A DNA stretch of 64,000 nt, taken from assembly GCA_047967505.1 (NCBI GenBank), contig CM106538.1. One strand, written 5' to 3'. Of the stretch, positions 1-13,269 are shown piece after piece (positions within the stretch are counted from its first letter, which is position 1; each line of letters begins with the position of its first letter). Under the pieces are notes generated by a model. That model made no database searches and was not told the DNA's origin. It was given only the letters and a program-made list of their open reading frames with translations. The translations under genes and the position numbers were made by a program. This stretch comes from Dipteris shenzhenensis (lineage: Eukaryota).

Positions 1-500
1 CCCTCTTGCGGGAATTTTTTGATGTGTTCACCTGGGACTATGCGGATATGAAGGGTCTGGATCCAAAATTTTACTAGCATCGAGTCAACCTCAAACCAGA
101 TGTGACTCCGACAAAGATACAGAGGTATTGTATGAATCTGCACGTGGCCAAGCAAGTGCGTGAAGAACTGGAGCATTTGCTGTGGGTGGGATTCATCGCA
201 TCGATTGAAAATCCAGAGTAGATTTCCCCGATTGTCATTGTGCCAAAGAAAAATAGAAATTGCGAATTTGTGTTGACTATCGCAAGCTGAATGTGGCCAT
301 AGTACCTAATCCATTTCCCTTACCATACATGGATTCTATGCTCAACAAAATGGCACAGCAAGAGGTGTACTCCTTCTTGGATGGATATAGCGGGTACAAC
401 CAAATCCGAATGGCTCTGGGGGACTAGCCCAAAACAGTGTTCATCAGTCTCTCTATGTCTGCACGGTCATGTGGTTCGGATTGCAGAATGCTCCTTTGAC
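1..500 (+). mobile_element. Ty3/Gypsy reverse transcriptase fragment (degenerate)
   Basis: Manual translation gives DVFTWDYADMKGLDP...SPIVIVPKK...RICVDYRKLN...PFPLP...YSFLDGYSGYNQI, interrupted by stops and frameshifts. Confidence 0.9.
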
Positions 501-729
501 TTTTGTCACGTGTGCTTGTAATTAAGAGAGCATTTCTGCTTCTTGTTGGTAGCATTCTGAAATGGAACCATGAGAGGATGTGCGAAACACAATGGAGTTA
601 GAGTTAAAGCAACAAAAAAAATCAGATTATTATGATGAGCATGCACCATGTAGCTTGCATTCTATGCTTTGTTGCTACACTATCAACTATGAATCACCAC
701 ATCGTAGGGGAATCTTGCAATGGATCCAT

Positions 730-1060
730 GAGAGGGTTTGAAAATAGCTTTGCATATTATTTTGAGAAGAAGGACTCAAGGGTTGGAAAGTGAATATGGT
801 GAGAAGAAGAAGGATTCGAGGGTTGAAAGTCATTATGGTGAGAAGAAGAAGGATTTAGTGTTGGAAAGTGATTTTGGCATGGTTTGGGGGAAGGTGTTGA
901 ATATTGTGAGAAGAAGAAGGATTCAAGGGTTGGAAAGTGAATATGGTGAGAAGAAGAAAGATTCTAGGGTTGGAAACTAATTATGGTGAGAAGAAGAAGG
1001 ATTTAGTAGTTGGAAAGTGATTTGGGTGCCTAGGCATGGTTTGGGGGAAGGTTTGGAACG
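730..1060. repeat. Minisatellite of ~36-bp units with a higher-order duplication
   Basis: Repeated gggttggaaagtgaatatggtgagaagaagaaggatt; block ~765-895 recurs at ~910-1050. Confidence 0.85.
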
Positions 1061-1449
1061 GTGTCAAGTCATTTTTTGCACTTTTTGAAAAAATTGAACT
1101 TTTAGGGGGAGTGGTATCCGTTAGATACTTTTTGGGAATGGGGACCACATTAAGATATAAAGAGAGTGGACTTCTTACAAGTGGGAGAGGATAGTACACT
1201 TTTTAGGACCACCAAAGCCTAGGGCGATGTACCTTTTTAGACCCATATGGGGGAGATGGGACACTCTATAGGCCTTCTTAGTTCTTAATCCATTTTGCTA
1301 ATCCACTCATTATGAGGAGCTTTTCAAGTCTGAAATTACTCTAATGCAACGGCATTGATATTGACATCTTCTCTTTGACACTGACATCGATGCTGATATC
1401 CATTTTTTTCAAAAGTTGGAAATTTTTTTCAAATGTAAATTCCATCAAT

Positions 1450-1900
1450 AAGAGCATTGTAAAGAGGGGTCAATCTATTGTAGTCTAGTTCTGATATATC
1501 CCATCCTCAAATATATTTTAATATGCCTGGCTATCTCACCTTCTTCCTTGTGATGCCAATCCTTACAAGATAAGTGAGGTGGGCATGGTAGTCTATCATT
1601 CACACATCTGAGATCACGTTCCAATTTTGTGGGGCCTTGTTATAGGAGAGTCCCCAAGAAGGACAACCGAGTAGCTGAGGGGGAAGGGAGCAATGCGCTT
1701 GTGAAGAAGGTCCCATAATTCTTTGGAGAAAACACAGTTGAGGAACAAATGTGGAATGTCCTCCCGTTCTCTATTGCATTGTTTACACCATCCATCCCCA
1801 TGGCCAATCACCTCTATCCTAGAATTTGGCAAATCTTAGAGACCATCTATTTGCATCATCTCTCTGGAACCAAGTTTTCTTGAGTCTAGCTATCAAATCC
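1450..1900 (-). mobile_element. LINE ORF2 C-terminal zinc-finger (zf-RVT-like) fragment
   Basis: ORF 1614-1832 reads WCKQCNREREDIPHLFLNC..SKELW, the CxxC..E..HLF..C pattern. Confidence 0.75.
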
Positions 1901-1920
1901 TCCTATCCGTCATATAAAAT

Positions 1921-3965
1921 TGTAACCGGCATTAAGTTCCATTGACCCACCCATCTAAATTCTCTTGTGGCAGGAAGTAGTCGTCCGCCTAGCCAAGGGA
2001 GTGTGGAGGTTAAAGGTCACTGTGTCTTTACCCTGGTTATGTACAATACTCAAACACATATATAAATGAATGAAAAAGAAGATTAGGGTGGTTCTACACC
2101 CACCAAAACTTGTGTGGCTCTCTGTTTCTCTCTCTCCCTCTTCCGTTCTTGCTTCCGTTGAGAGCACTCTCAATTGGTATCAGAGCCCGGGTGATCTAGC
2201 TGAGCGTGCGTGAATGCCTGGAAGCTCAGCAGCTCTGTGAGAGAAAGGAGAAGCTCTGTGGGAAGCTTTGCGGGTGACTTTACTTGCATCTGAGTGTGTA
2301 GAGACCTTGGAGGAACCTTTGGAAAAGTCACTTTGGTTTTGCGAAGTGGTTTTGAGAGCCTGTTAAGTGTTTTCAAAGAAAAAGTCGTTTTTTGAGCTTT
2401 TCCTTGTTCTGTTCGATGACAGAGACTCCGTATTGACTTGTAGAGGCAACTATTGCTTGCTTTTGGCGTCCACTTCACTTCAGGAGCTTGGAAACACCTT
2501 TATTCTTGAATCTGGGATCATTTCATTGGATTTCTGACTCACTGTGTCAGTTCCTACGTTTTTCTTGCTGAGTCTGATTATGCAATGGCGTCCATGTTTT
2601 GAGGCATCTCAGGTTCTATTTTCAAAAGTAGTCATTACCGTGGGACTATGATTTCTTGAGCATACCTTATGCAGATCACTCTGGTTGCAGTTTGAGCAGT
2701 GTGCCCTCATTCGTGGTGTGCATTGGGTTGCAGTGGATGATTTATAGGCCATTTGGATGCATTGCGGTCCTTATTGGATGCGCTGATGGGCCTAAATTGC
2801 CTTGTGGGATGCTATTTTTATGGATGCTTTGCACATGGATGCTATTTTATGCTGAGGGATAGCTTTGACACATTGCAGGTGATGCACTGATAGTGCTATG
2901 CTCTCTTGGATGAGATATTATTAATGCATATGCCAGTGGACGGTGTTTATGCTTGAGTCATTTGGCACTTATTGGCATTTTGGATTGCCATTGCAGTTGG
3001 CATTTTCTTTTGGGCCAGATTTGCTCATATGGATGCATAGTACATGCACATGAGTCAGATGGTTTGAGACATGAGTTTTGGTGATATTTCACTCTATTGT
3101 GGCATACACATTTGGGTGCACCTGGTATTTGGTATGATTCTCTCTTGTAGGCACTAGCATTTGGGATTTTGCTCTATTTGCATTATGGCATCCTCTTCCA
3201 TGTCTGAAAAGGAGTTTTTCAACATTAAAAAGTTTGATGGGACAAACTTTTCTTTGTGGAAAGAACAGATAAGGGATGTGCTTATTCAAAAGAAGCAGAT
3301 TAAACCCTTGGCAGGATTTGAAGCTAAGCCTGCAAATATGTCTGAAGATGATTGGAATGAGTTGGATGTATTATCAAAATCTACTATTAGACTTCATCTT
3401 GCAGAGTTAGTTTATTTCACAGTAGTAAATGAGCAGACTACGGAAGATTTGTGGAAGAAACTGTGTGCCACTTATGAAAAGGAAACTACCTCTAATAAAG
3501 TTTACCTCATGAAGAGGTTGTTTGAGCTGCAGATGAAGGAAGGGGTCTCCATTGCTTCTCACTTGAATGAATTCAATATTATTTTCAGCCAGCTTCATGC
3601 TCAGAAGATGAATTTTGATGCGGAGACTAAGGCAATATTTCTCTTATGTTCATTGCCATCCTCATGGGATACCTTCCGTACAGCTGTCAGTAACTCTGCA
3701 CCTGGTGGAGTACTGAAATTTGATGATGTTGTGGGTAGCTTGTTTGCCGAGGAGATTAGACGAAAGTCTATGGACGGCAACAAGAAGGATGCAGCCTTAA
3801 ATGTGCAAAGGGGCAGATCACAGTTCAGGGGGAAGTCCCAAGAAAGAGGGAAGTCTCGTAGCAAATCTAGGGCATGCAACATTGAGTGTTACCACTGTGG
3901 CAAGAAGGGCCATATGAAAAAGGATTGCTACAAGCTGAAAAGAGAGCAAAAGGATAAGAAAAAAA
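1921..3965 (+). mobile_element. 5' part of a Ty1/Copia LTR retrotransposon: LTR 1921-2172, PBS, leader, gag
   Basis: TG...CA bounded ~250-bp segment followed by tggtatcagagcc (2175-2187, initiator tRNA-Met PBS), then gag; truncated after the zinc knuckle. Confidence 0.85.
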
Positions 3966-4033
3966 TATATATACATACATTTCAGATGTCATTATTTGGA
4001 GAAACGGAGAGAGAGAGTGGAAGTAATGTCTGA
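3161..4033 (+). CDS. Copia gag polyprotein (truncated)
   Basis: KFDGTNFSLWK, UBN2-type LMKRLFELQMKEG..HLNEF, LLCSLPSSW and the CYHCGKKGHMKKDC zinc knuckle; the last ~25 aa are non-homologous. Confidence 0.85.
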   Translation: MGFCSICIMASSSMSEKEFFNIKKFDGTNFSLWKEQIRDVLIQKKQIKPLAGFEAKPANMSEDDWNELDVLSKSTIRLHLAELVYFTVVNEQTTEDLWKKLCATYEKETTSNKVYLMKRLFELQMKEGVSIASHLNEFNIIFSQLHAQKMNFDAETKAIFLLCSLPSSWDTFRTAVSNSAPGGVLKFDDVVGSLFAEEIRRKSMDGNKKDAALNVQRGRSQFRGKSQERGKSRSKSRACNIECYHCGKKGHMKKDCYKLKREQKDKKKIYIHTFQMSLFGETERESGSNV

Positions 4034-4519
4034 TCATCCCGATCTGAGTAGTCTATGGGCTTCAACAGAATGCAAGAAAAGGAGAGACAGCCTAACTACA
4101 GAAGTCATTGCAATAGTGGTGACGTTTTGGCATGAAAATACAAGGTGTTGGTAGGGTTGTCACTCTATGAACTTTAGGGTGCAGGCCAAAGCTTGTGAAG
4201 ACTCGAGAATGGTGTTTACCTGAATGGCTTGATGTTGCTTCCTCAAATGCTACCACCAATCGTGACATCACAACTCGTTTTCTTTGATCTGATGGCAATG
4301 ATCGAATGCGTGCATCTACAACAACTACTTCCTGCTGCAGCTCTACAAGGAGTAAAGACGACAATGCCAAACCAAAACAGAGAGACGCTAGCTTGTGAGG
4401 CAAGCAAACAATAGCAGACAACTTACCCGAAAATAGACAATGGCAAACCAAAGTCTGCGCAAGGTCACATCAAGGTGCGTGCAGGTTGCAGGGCGGGGAC
4501 AAGTTGTTAGGTACTTAAT

Positions 4520-4678
4520 CTTCCAAGATTTGATGTGCGGGAGGTGTGAAAATTTAAAATTTGCAGGAGAAGCGAAATTTCAGCCGTTGGTTTTTCCCTT
4601 CCAAGATTTGATGTGCGGGAGGTGTGAAAATTCAAAATTCGCGGGAGTAGCGAAATTTCAGCCGCTGGTTTTTTTCCC
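4520..4678. repeat. Two-copy ~78-bp tandem duplication
   Basis: cttccaagatttgatgtgcgggaggtgtgaaaatt...gcgaaatttcagccg occurs twice head-to-tail. Confidence 0.9.
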
Positions 4679-5440
4679 TCCGACAATACACATTAGCAAA
4701 ATTGGATATCCCAAACAAGTGCAATGTGGCCTAAAGTGCTTCAAAACACAAATAGGCCAAAGGGCACGCTATCAGGTTTAATGCTGTGTATTATTAAATG
4801 CAATAACCTTTGGCATGCTTATGAGCCATATAGAAAGCAAGTGCATGGAAAAAGAAACAATTCAAAATTGTAAATAGTGTTGGATTTATAAAAATATATA
4901 TTCACTTACACAAATTGCACTTTTCCAACTTCTTCCATTTTAGGGTGAATCTAGATATCAATACCAATAACTATCAATGTTTTAAGACCACCATGCACTA
5001 GTCCCAATAGTTTGGATTCCAAATTTTCAATCCGTTTTGGTTTTCAAAAAATAAAAAAAAAGTTATGGAGCATGCCCTCAAATGGGTATGCATCACTTTA
5101 GCACAACATTGGAGACCCGTTAACCCATGCATAATGATCTCATTTAGATGTGTCCTTGGGTTGAGGAGGAAGCTCAAGTAGTGTACTTTTGAATGATTAC
5201 TTCGTTGCATGTATGTATAGAATAAAATTTTAATGTTTTCGAATAAATTACTATATAATATAGTCTTCAGATGCATGCTTCACATGCAACATAACACTTG
5301 TAATGATTTAACAGTCTCTTTCCAAATCCTTATTTCATAATTTTGTACCCTCATGTTTAAGTTTGGAATGTGTACTACAACTTGAAGACAAAGTTTACCA
5401 AATTCCATTGAGCAATGCATAAGTTATGGGTCACGCAAGA

Positions 5441-5476
<36 letters not shown>

Positions 5477-5586
5477 CGCGCTTTTCTTAGAACACCTAAG
5501 CTCCTTTGGGAGAACGTTCATGAGCTATTGAATCAGAGCTCATAAAAGCCCTAATGACTAGGGAGACAAAGGTTTTGTGTGGATGA

Positions 5587-6140
5587 AGAAGAAGAAGAAG
5601 AAGAATATATTATCGTCCTCTGAAGACCAAAACCGGCCTATGGGACCTGAGCAATACAATATCACAAGTACATGAAAGCTCCTCCCGAAGATGGGAGGGT
5701 GGAAAGAGAAACCACCTTCTAGGATTCAGGTGGATTCCTATGCTTGAAGAGCTTATACACAAATGTTCCTAAAGCTGAAGGTGACCCTTTATGCAGCAAA
5801 TCAGCCAGTTTGTTATGTCCCTCAAGGAGGTGATTGAACTCTTCCCTAATGTGTGCATAGTGAGGGCATATCATTACCATGTGTTCTTCTGTTTCAACCA
5901 TACCTTGATCACATAGTTGGCATATTCTACTCTCCCTTGGCATCTTTTTCCATCCCCCTGTTTCTATTTGCAGCTGGTGTGATCGGGTGCGAAGTGAGGC
6001 TAAAGCCCTCCGTTTATGCACTGCTATAGGTGTACATATGTACTTCTGCGTTGTTGTCTCCCTTCCTGTATAAATTGACCAATATTCGGGGAAAGAACAC
6101 CAATAATCTCGAAGGCTTTCGTCGTTTGTGACATTCCTAG
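5587..6140 (-). mobile_element. 5'-truncated LINE 3' end (ORF2 C-terminus, 3' UTR, (TTC)n tail)
   Basis: ORF 5719-6021 RTRSHQLQIETGGW...CQLC..ETEEHMVMICPHY; a terminal stem-loop motif then a (TTC)n run. Confidence 0.8.
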
Positions 6141-6223
6141 CTCATGCTTAATCCTCCGAGCTTATCAGCCCTAGACTAGAGTTGAGAAACAAGGAGAGAG
6201 AATAGACGCTTTCATCTGAAAGC

Positions 6224-9124
6224 TTAGAGCTTGTCAGCCATGGGATCAGAGTCCATGAAGTAGCGATTGAGGGGACTGTCTGGCAACATTTCCATGTGAT
6301 CACATACCGAAGAGGAGGCAAGAACCTCGTCCACCTTTGTTGCGGAATCAGGTCTTTGCAGGGATCCTTGTACCTCCATGGTGGGTTCAATTGCGCACGT
6401 TCTCGTTCTTGTTGTTGCCGCTGCTGCTGCTGGTGTGGAGCATTGCGTAGATGACACGATTTGTTGATTCGAAACAACGAGAGATTGCAACAGGTGTTGT
6501 ATTGCTGAAGGTTGTGACTGATCTCTTGATGTGAACATCGCCCAATCTAAGGGGGAAACTGGCAGCTGACCTCTCCATAGAGCAGCTTGTCCGGAGCTGA
6601 AATTCTTTGCATTGCGCGTGCGATCTGCCTCTGCTTGTTCTGTTGCTCTCAATCTCGTCAATGCATCTTCTGAAAATTCGCGAGCTCTCTCAGCGAAACC
6701 GATGTTAATGCTAGCAAGGGATGGTAATTGTGATTGCGTTGGAAGCAGGCCTTGCGAGACTAGATCGAAGGTCTTGGGGATGTTGAAGTAATCACTGATG
6801 CTGCTGGTACAGCTAAAACCTGTGCCTGCATTGCTGTAGCTACCACTAGAAGCTGCCCTTGCATTGTTAGTGTGAAGCTGGTGAAAGTCTGCTTTGCTGT
6901 CGGTAGAGGTGATGGGAGGGCCAAATCTGGGAGTGAAGGCAAAGCTATGGATAGTTGGGGAGGAGGGAGGGAGGAGGGTGAAGGAAGGGGTGGAGGAATT
7001 GGGAAGCGAGAGGGAAAATGGAAGCAAATTCGGCTGGTGCTGGGGAAGCAAATTAGCAAATGGGACATGGAGGGTGTTGGAGGTGGTGGAGATGGGTTGC
7101 TCTGAAAATCCTTGGAGACATTGCATGGAGATTTGAGGCATCAAAGGGTGTTGGAATGCAAAAGGCCATGTCTGATGGTCTAATTGAGAGGATCTGCACC
7201 TGTGGTGGCCTCTATATGTGACATCACACATCGTTGCATCCTCGTCGCACCTCTGCACGTGCTTGATTGCTTGGCATCCCAAATCGGATTTGTGCGTGCA
7301 TCTGTAATAGCTCCTGCATCACACAATTGTTCAAACAATGCATCAGATTGATTACAAGCATCAAACAATTGTTTTCTTGTAATCTTTCGGTTTGGGATCT
7401 CCTTTCAAAGTGATAAGAGAGAAGATCCCTTCCTCCAAACATCTCGTATTTGTTCTAACGATGCATGAATGCATCAAAATGTTTTCTCGCAATCTTAAGA
7501 TTCAATTTGGAGTCTCCTTTTAAATCGATTAGAGAGTAGATCAAAGCATGAAATAATTGTTCTAACAATGCAACCAATTGTTATTTAGATGCATTCCATG
7601 TTTAAACGTCAAACAATTTATGAGATCTATCTGAAATATTTGTTCTAACAATGCATACCAATTGTTCTTTAGATCCACTCCAAGCATCATACAATTGTCC
7701 AAGCGTCGAATGAGTCCTAGTAGCCCAAGCATGGGACAATTTTTCAAACTTTAAACAATGCATCTATCCCAAGCTTGCATCACACAATTGTTCCAACTTG
7801 AGACAATGGATCACTTCTATCCAAAGCGTCTCACAATAGTTAAGCTTCACATAATTCCAAGCGTGAGACAATTGTCCAAACTTCTTTTCCAAAACTTGTT
7901 TCGCATAATGCATCATATCGATTCCACTACACACTTACTACAATGCGTTCAAACAATTTGAGCACAAATATTCTTACATGCTTAAGTTTCCAAGCAATGC
8001 ATTGATTTCATTACACGGCAACAACCACCAAGCATTCACCATATTTCTAACAAATTTTCATGCTAAAGGACTTGGATTGCAAGCAATATAGTACCTCGGA
8101 TATTTGGCACCCAGAATGTCTTTCTGGCCGTACTTTCTCCAAGTGTGGCCATCATCCGGAGGGATTTCCACGCCCTCGTCCAAATTGCTGGCAGGCATCT
8201 TGAGCATCACCTTGGGCAACAATTTCCTGCTAGCAAAGTTCAATAGCAACAGATTCTACCTTAAAATTTGGATCTAAACCCATCACGATGTACAAAATTT
8301 GCAACTGATCTAGATCAACAGAATACACTGCTGATCAACTATTCAACAGGATACACTGCTCAACATTTTGAATTGAATCAGATCAACAGAATACAGTGCT
8401 CAACATTATGAATTGAATCAGATCAACAGAATTCCACAGAATTGATCTAGATCAACACAATACACTACTGCTCCACCCACCTCTTTCTCGGATTTTCTCG
8501 AGCATCCTTGCTTCTGCCGTTGCGTCCGGCAGCCCCGTCGTTCTCGGCTGTCTGATCTCCTGCCTCCTGAACACCCGTCCCAACGTCCTTTTCCAGCTCC
8601 AGACTCGGATTTACTGTTGGAGACCCGTCCGACATCTCGCTCGTCGGACTGTTGTTGCTGTGCAGCGGCGGGCTTCGTATAACCCTCTTCGCCATTGGAG
8701 CTGTAGTCGTTGCCGCCATACCGCGCGGTGACATTGGTGGCGTCTCCCCATTCCGAGTCGTGGACAGAGGGCTCCCCACCGCCGAGAATGGCCTCTTCTG
8801 CGCTCGCGGTGACATAGTGCAGCGATCCACCAGCTGCTGCGATGGCGAGGCCGAGCTACTGGGAGCTGAACCTCTGCTACCGCGGCCGGAAATGAGGAGC
8901 TTAATTGTGTCGTTGAAGGTAGCAATCACCTCTACCGCACCAATCACGAAGCTGGAGCGAAGCTCGAAGCTTTCGGCTTCACAGAGCTTGCCTAGGGGAG
9001 TGGTGTGCAGCTTCTCCTGGAGCTCCTTCACAAGCTTGCATCCTTGGAAGAGCTGCTCTCGCACTCTGTGATCGAATTTCAGCATTTCGTCATCTTGCTG
9101 GATATCTTGACGATTCTGTGCCAT
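6224..9124 (-). CDS. WRKY: Group III WRKY transcription factor; exons 9124-8481, 8226-8095, 7313-6224
   Basis: Exon 2 [21 protein letters not shown]; exon 3 [21 protein letters not shown]...TYRGHHRC (C-X7-C-X23-H-X-C). GT-AG junctions keep frame and the intron after PR is the conserved position. The exon 1 N-terminus has a group III-like [14 protein letters not shown] segment. Confidence 0.93.
8305..8460. repeat. Short tandem repeats in WRKY intron 1
   Basis: Several copies of gatcaacagaatacactgct and gaattgaatca. Confidence 0.75.
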
Positions 9125-9977
9125 CCAATTCTTTATCAACTTGCAGAAGCGCAAAGCAGACGTGATTCTATCGATACGACCTTGCTCTGGGAAACCTGAA
9201 TTCGTAATTCTCTCTGTCTCTCACTCTGTAACAGGACCCGGGAGTTCCAAAGGAGTTGCGTGCTCTCTCAGGCTAATTTCTCGCGCAGAGCAGTGGCTTG
9301 TTGAGGCGAAAGTAAAGTTCCTTCCCTACTTCTGAACTCAATTTGGACTGTGGCTTGCTCTGGACAACCTGAATTCGCAGCCGCCTCCACTCGGTAACAG
9401 GACAGGACGTGAGAATCCTAAAGTTGCATACTCTGTCGCACTAATTTCTCGCGCAACTGAACGTGGGGCAGTGTCATGCTGTGAGGCGAAAGAAAAGTTC
9501 CTGGCTTACTTCGTCCAAGCTCAATGCGGGCCAGGGCAATTGTCCCTTTACCTCGCTCGTTCGGTTACTCCGTGTGAGCTCGTTTGCGGTCCTCTAAGCT
9601 CAATACGGAGCAGGATAGTTCTCTCTCTCTAGTCTTCCTCTCTCGCGGCAATATCGAGCAGGACAATGCCTCTGTCTGTCTGTTTGTCTCTCTCTCTCTC
9701 TCTGTCTCTCTCTGTCTCTCTTTCTAATCTCTTTCGATCTTTGTTACACAGTATTGTTCTACCGATGGGCTTTCAGTAAGAACAATTATCGCCGAGAAGC
9801 AGGCGAGTCGAGGAAGAGGCAAAGGCGAACTTCGAAGATGAAGAGGGCGGGAGACCAGACAGGGGCGCTCACCGACGTGGTACATCCACGTAGGAAAACG
9901 CCCCTGTTCAATAATTAACCTTCAAGATTTTGCGGTCCGACAGCATTCTACTCAGACCGAAGCTTCTTTCTAGACCT

Positions 9978-10072
9978 AGTCAAACTATCCAAACACCTGG
10001 TCAACCTTTACATTTTGACTAAGACTCTTTTCCAAGTTTCAACCTTCTCAAGGCGTTCAAATTTCCTTGACC
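9978..10072. promoter_or_regulatory. W-box cluster upstream of the WRKY gene
   Basis: Four TTGAC(C/T) matches within 95 bp: 9978, 9999 (reverse), 10015, 10067. Confidence 0.6.
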
Positions 10073-10506
10073 ATGCCGTCACCCTCCCTCCATCCCCAGC
10101 TTCCCCTTTGCCCTCCCATACCGTCACGTTCCCTGCTCCATACTACCCCCTCTCCTTTGTCCTCGAGCCTTCACCAACCATGTGCCTTGCCTTCATTTGC
10201 TTTCTCAAGGTCCCTCCATCCTCAAATCATTTCCTTGCTGACTCCCACAATTCCACAATTCGAATTTTGTCCCTTTGAAACTTACAATGGAATCGAAATA
10301 ACATTGTGTTGGAATTCAAAGGGGAACATTTGGTTTATTCACGTCAATACAAAAGCTTTCCAATACTACTTTCTAATGTTGATGAGAACGATAGGATACG
10401 GTCTGTAACAAATTGGTCATATGTTTCACAAAAGGTACGAAATGGTCAAATAATGACTTTTGAATCGGTCTCCTTTGCTACTTACCTCAAGTTGGAATGT
10501 TGAAAT

Positions 10507-10567
<61 letters not shown>

Positions 10568-11115
10568 TTATGGTATTATTATTATTTACTTACATTGGTG
10601 TTGAGCTCCTATCCTATGTTATGTCAATTTTCATATCAAGGACTTTGAATCATCTTGTAACTTTGATCTTTTCTAAAAATCTTATGTAGAAGATTTGAAA
10701 GTTACTTTTTGCACATGTCACAATATTGTAAAACATATTGTGAAATTTCCTAACCTAGTGAAGTTATACGATTATGTGATTTTTATGATTTAACTTTTAT
10801 AACACGATCACTAAAACGTAGAGTTGATTGAAGAGCACTTTCTAATATTCTTACTATTCTTTAATTCTAGAGGTTCGGGGGAGGAGGAGGGAGGTTTGGG
10901 GAGAGAGGAGGAGCTCTAGAGGATGAGAAAAGGGTAGGGCAGAGGGGGGCAAACTGTGGGTTCACCACGTGGCACCGTGAGAGGGCAAGGCATAGGGGTA
11001 GAAGCGAGGCAGACGTTGACTCGTTGGAGTGGAAGATGGGTGACGTTGCCCCGTGGCAATGCAAGGATGTGGCACGGAATAGGGCACCAGCCACAACATG
11101 CAGCATAATATATAT

Positions 11116-11192
<77 letters not shown>

Positions 11193-12372
11193 ATTATCAT
11201 ATTATATTATATTTTTTATATTATAACATATATCTATAATGAGAGGCTAAGTTATAAGTAAGAAATGGTAGGTTGGAGGGAGGAAGCACCATTTTGAATG
11301 AGGTGCCTTGCCGACCAAGAGACACACACTCTCTCTGCTCCCCATTCATGCTCATGCTCTCCTCAGCAAATCTTAATACACACGCAACCTCACACCCCTC
11401 TTTGAGCCCACCAAGATTCTCTCTCTCTCTCTCTCTCTCTCTCGTAGCCATCGACAGAGATGCAAAGCTTCACATACATGTTCTTTTTTGTCTTAGAAGA
11501 CCCATCAAAGAAACCATGGACAATGTCAAGATTCGGATAAGGGTTTGTAGATCTTTTGTCCGTAACTGCACTTTCTCCACATCACACTTCTTAAGGGATA
11601 CTTTGAACGGAATTTGAATATGCATCTCCACAAAACAAGGCATGCATATGCTTAAGATAGGTGAAGTTACAAGACTTTGATGAGAAAACTTGACCAAGAC
11701 AACTAATTGTAGGTTCCCGCATTCTTTGAAAGTAATTTTGGTGTGCGGACCTGCTACCTACTCTCTCTCTCTCTCTCTCTCTCTACACGCACACGTGTGT
11801 CTATGTGTGTGTGTGTGTCTCTTTTGGTCCTTGCCTTCCAATTTCTTCTGCGAATGGTTTGATACGAAGTTTCCTTGCAATAGTGAATGCTAAGGTCTGT
11901 CGCTACGCACAACCTTTATGAGGAGATTCCAACAACAAAACAAAGCCATCATGGGATTCGTCCAACCAATGCAATAACGCTTGGCAAGAGTCAAAGCCGG
12001 TCTACACGATGATGATCTTGTTTGAGTTGATGGTTCTCTGATGCCGTTTTTGGGGTAAATTTCTTCTATAGAGTTTACGTGGAGCAGATGTTGGATTTTG
12101 GACATGGCCACTTGATGATCGCCAAATTGGATTTTGGATATGGCATTTGTATGCCAGCTCTAATGATGGTGTTGTGGTTGATAGTTGTTGTTGCCATGGT
12201 CAATTCTTTTATGGGATGGCGCTTGCTGTGTTGGTTAGAACTACCACAGCCATAATTCATAACCTTTGTGTTGTGCTTTAATAAAACATGATTCATAAAA
12301 TGTGGTGTGTGTTGCTCTCTCTGTCTCTCTCCCCCTTATATATATATATGTTACATATACAAACACAAACAC

Positions 12373-12403
<31 letters not shown>

Positions 12404-12874
12404 TACAAGCTTGCCTTGCCCAATAAGCAAGCTTTGCAGCAAGCTAGCCACACAAGACCACAATAGAAGAGCAAACTACAACAATGAATAACAGTTTGCA
12501 AATAGGACTGCGATAGAGGAGCAACTGCAATGAATAGCAAACCATAAGTAATAGCAGGCTACAACGAATAACAGTCTGTAACGAATAGCAATCTACTACA
12601 CATGCAGATTAAAAAACATTCTGGTTCTAATAGGACCTGACGTGGATCAATGTAGTAGAAGTAGCTCCAGTAAAAATTTCGCATAGTCTGCAATGGCCAT
12701 AAAAGAGCATAGAGCCAAGCCAAACAGTTTTTATGGTGGAGGTGGTCTTGAAACTTGAAGTTTTATTTCTTGAAATTAATGACATCTTAAGATCCCACCT
12801 TGGGACCCAACAGAGCGGGTCTTTAACCCATCATAGATGGGTTATGCTACTCACGAAAAGAGAGAAAGGGTGCA

Positions 12875-13010
12875 GGGAAATTCCTGACGCCACATGGCCA
12901 AAATATAGATATATATTTATTTTAATACACACATATATCTATATTTTGGCCATGTGGCGTTGGGAATTTCCCTCCAACCACATGGCCAAAATATAGATAT
13001 ATATTTATTT
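12875..13010. repeat. Near-perfect inverted repeat with ~40-bp arms, plus a third partial arm
   Basis: gggaaattcctgacgccacatggccaaaatatagatatat ... atatatctatattttggccatgtggcgttgggaatttccc; part of the arm repeats at 12977-13010. Confidence 0.85.
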
Positions 13011-13269
13011 TTATATATTTATATTTATTTCATACACACACACACACACAGAGAAGCACACATGCACACACACAGACACAGAGATAGATAGATAGATAGA
13101 GAGACAGAGAGAGAGAGAGAGAGATAGAGAGACAGAGACAAAGAGAGAGAGAGCCATAGATTATATATATATATGTATGTGTGTGTGTGTGTGTGTGTAT
13201 AAGAAAAAAATTAATCTTTAAAAACTTTAGAGAGAGAGAGAGAGCCTGTGTGTGTGTGTGTGTGTACAT

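Noticed and set aside
8611-9335. Overlapping alternative-frame and antisense ORFs on WRKY exon 1
   Set aside because: Shadow ORFs of a GC-rich exon with no recognisable motifs.
10460-13269. ORFs with ER, SL, HT or VY dipeptide runs
   Set aside because: Translations of (GA)n and (CA)n microsatellites.
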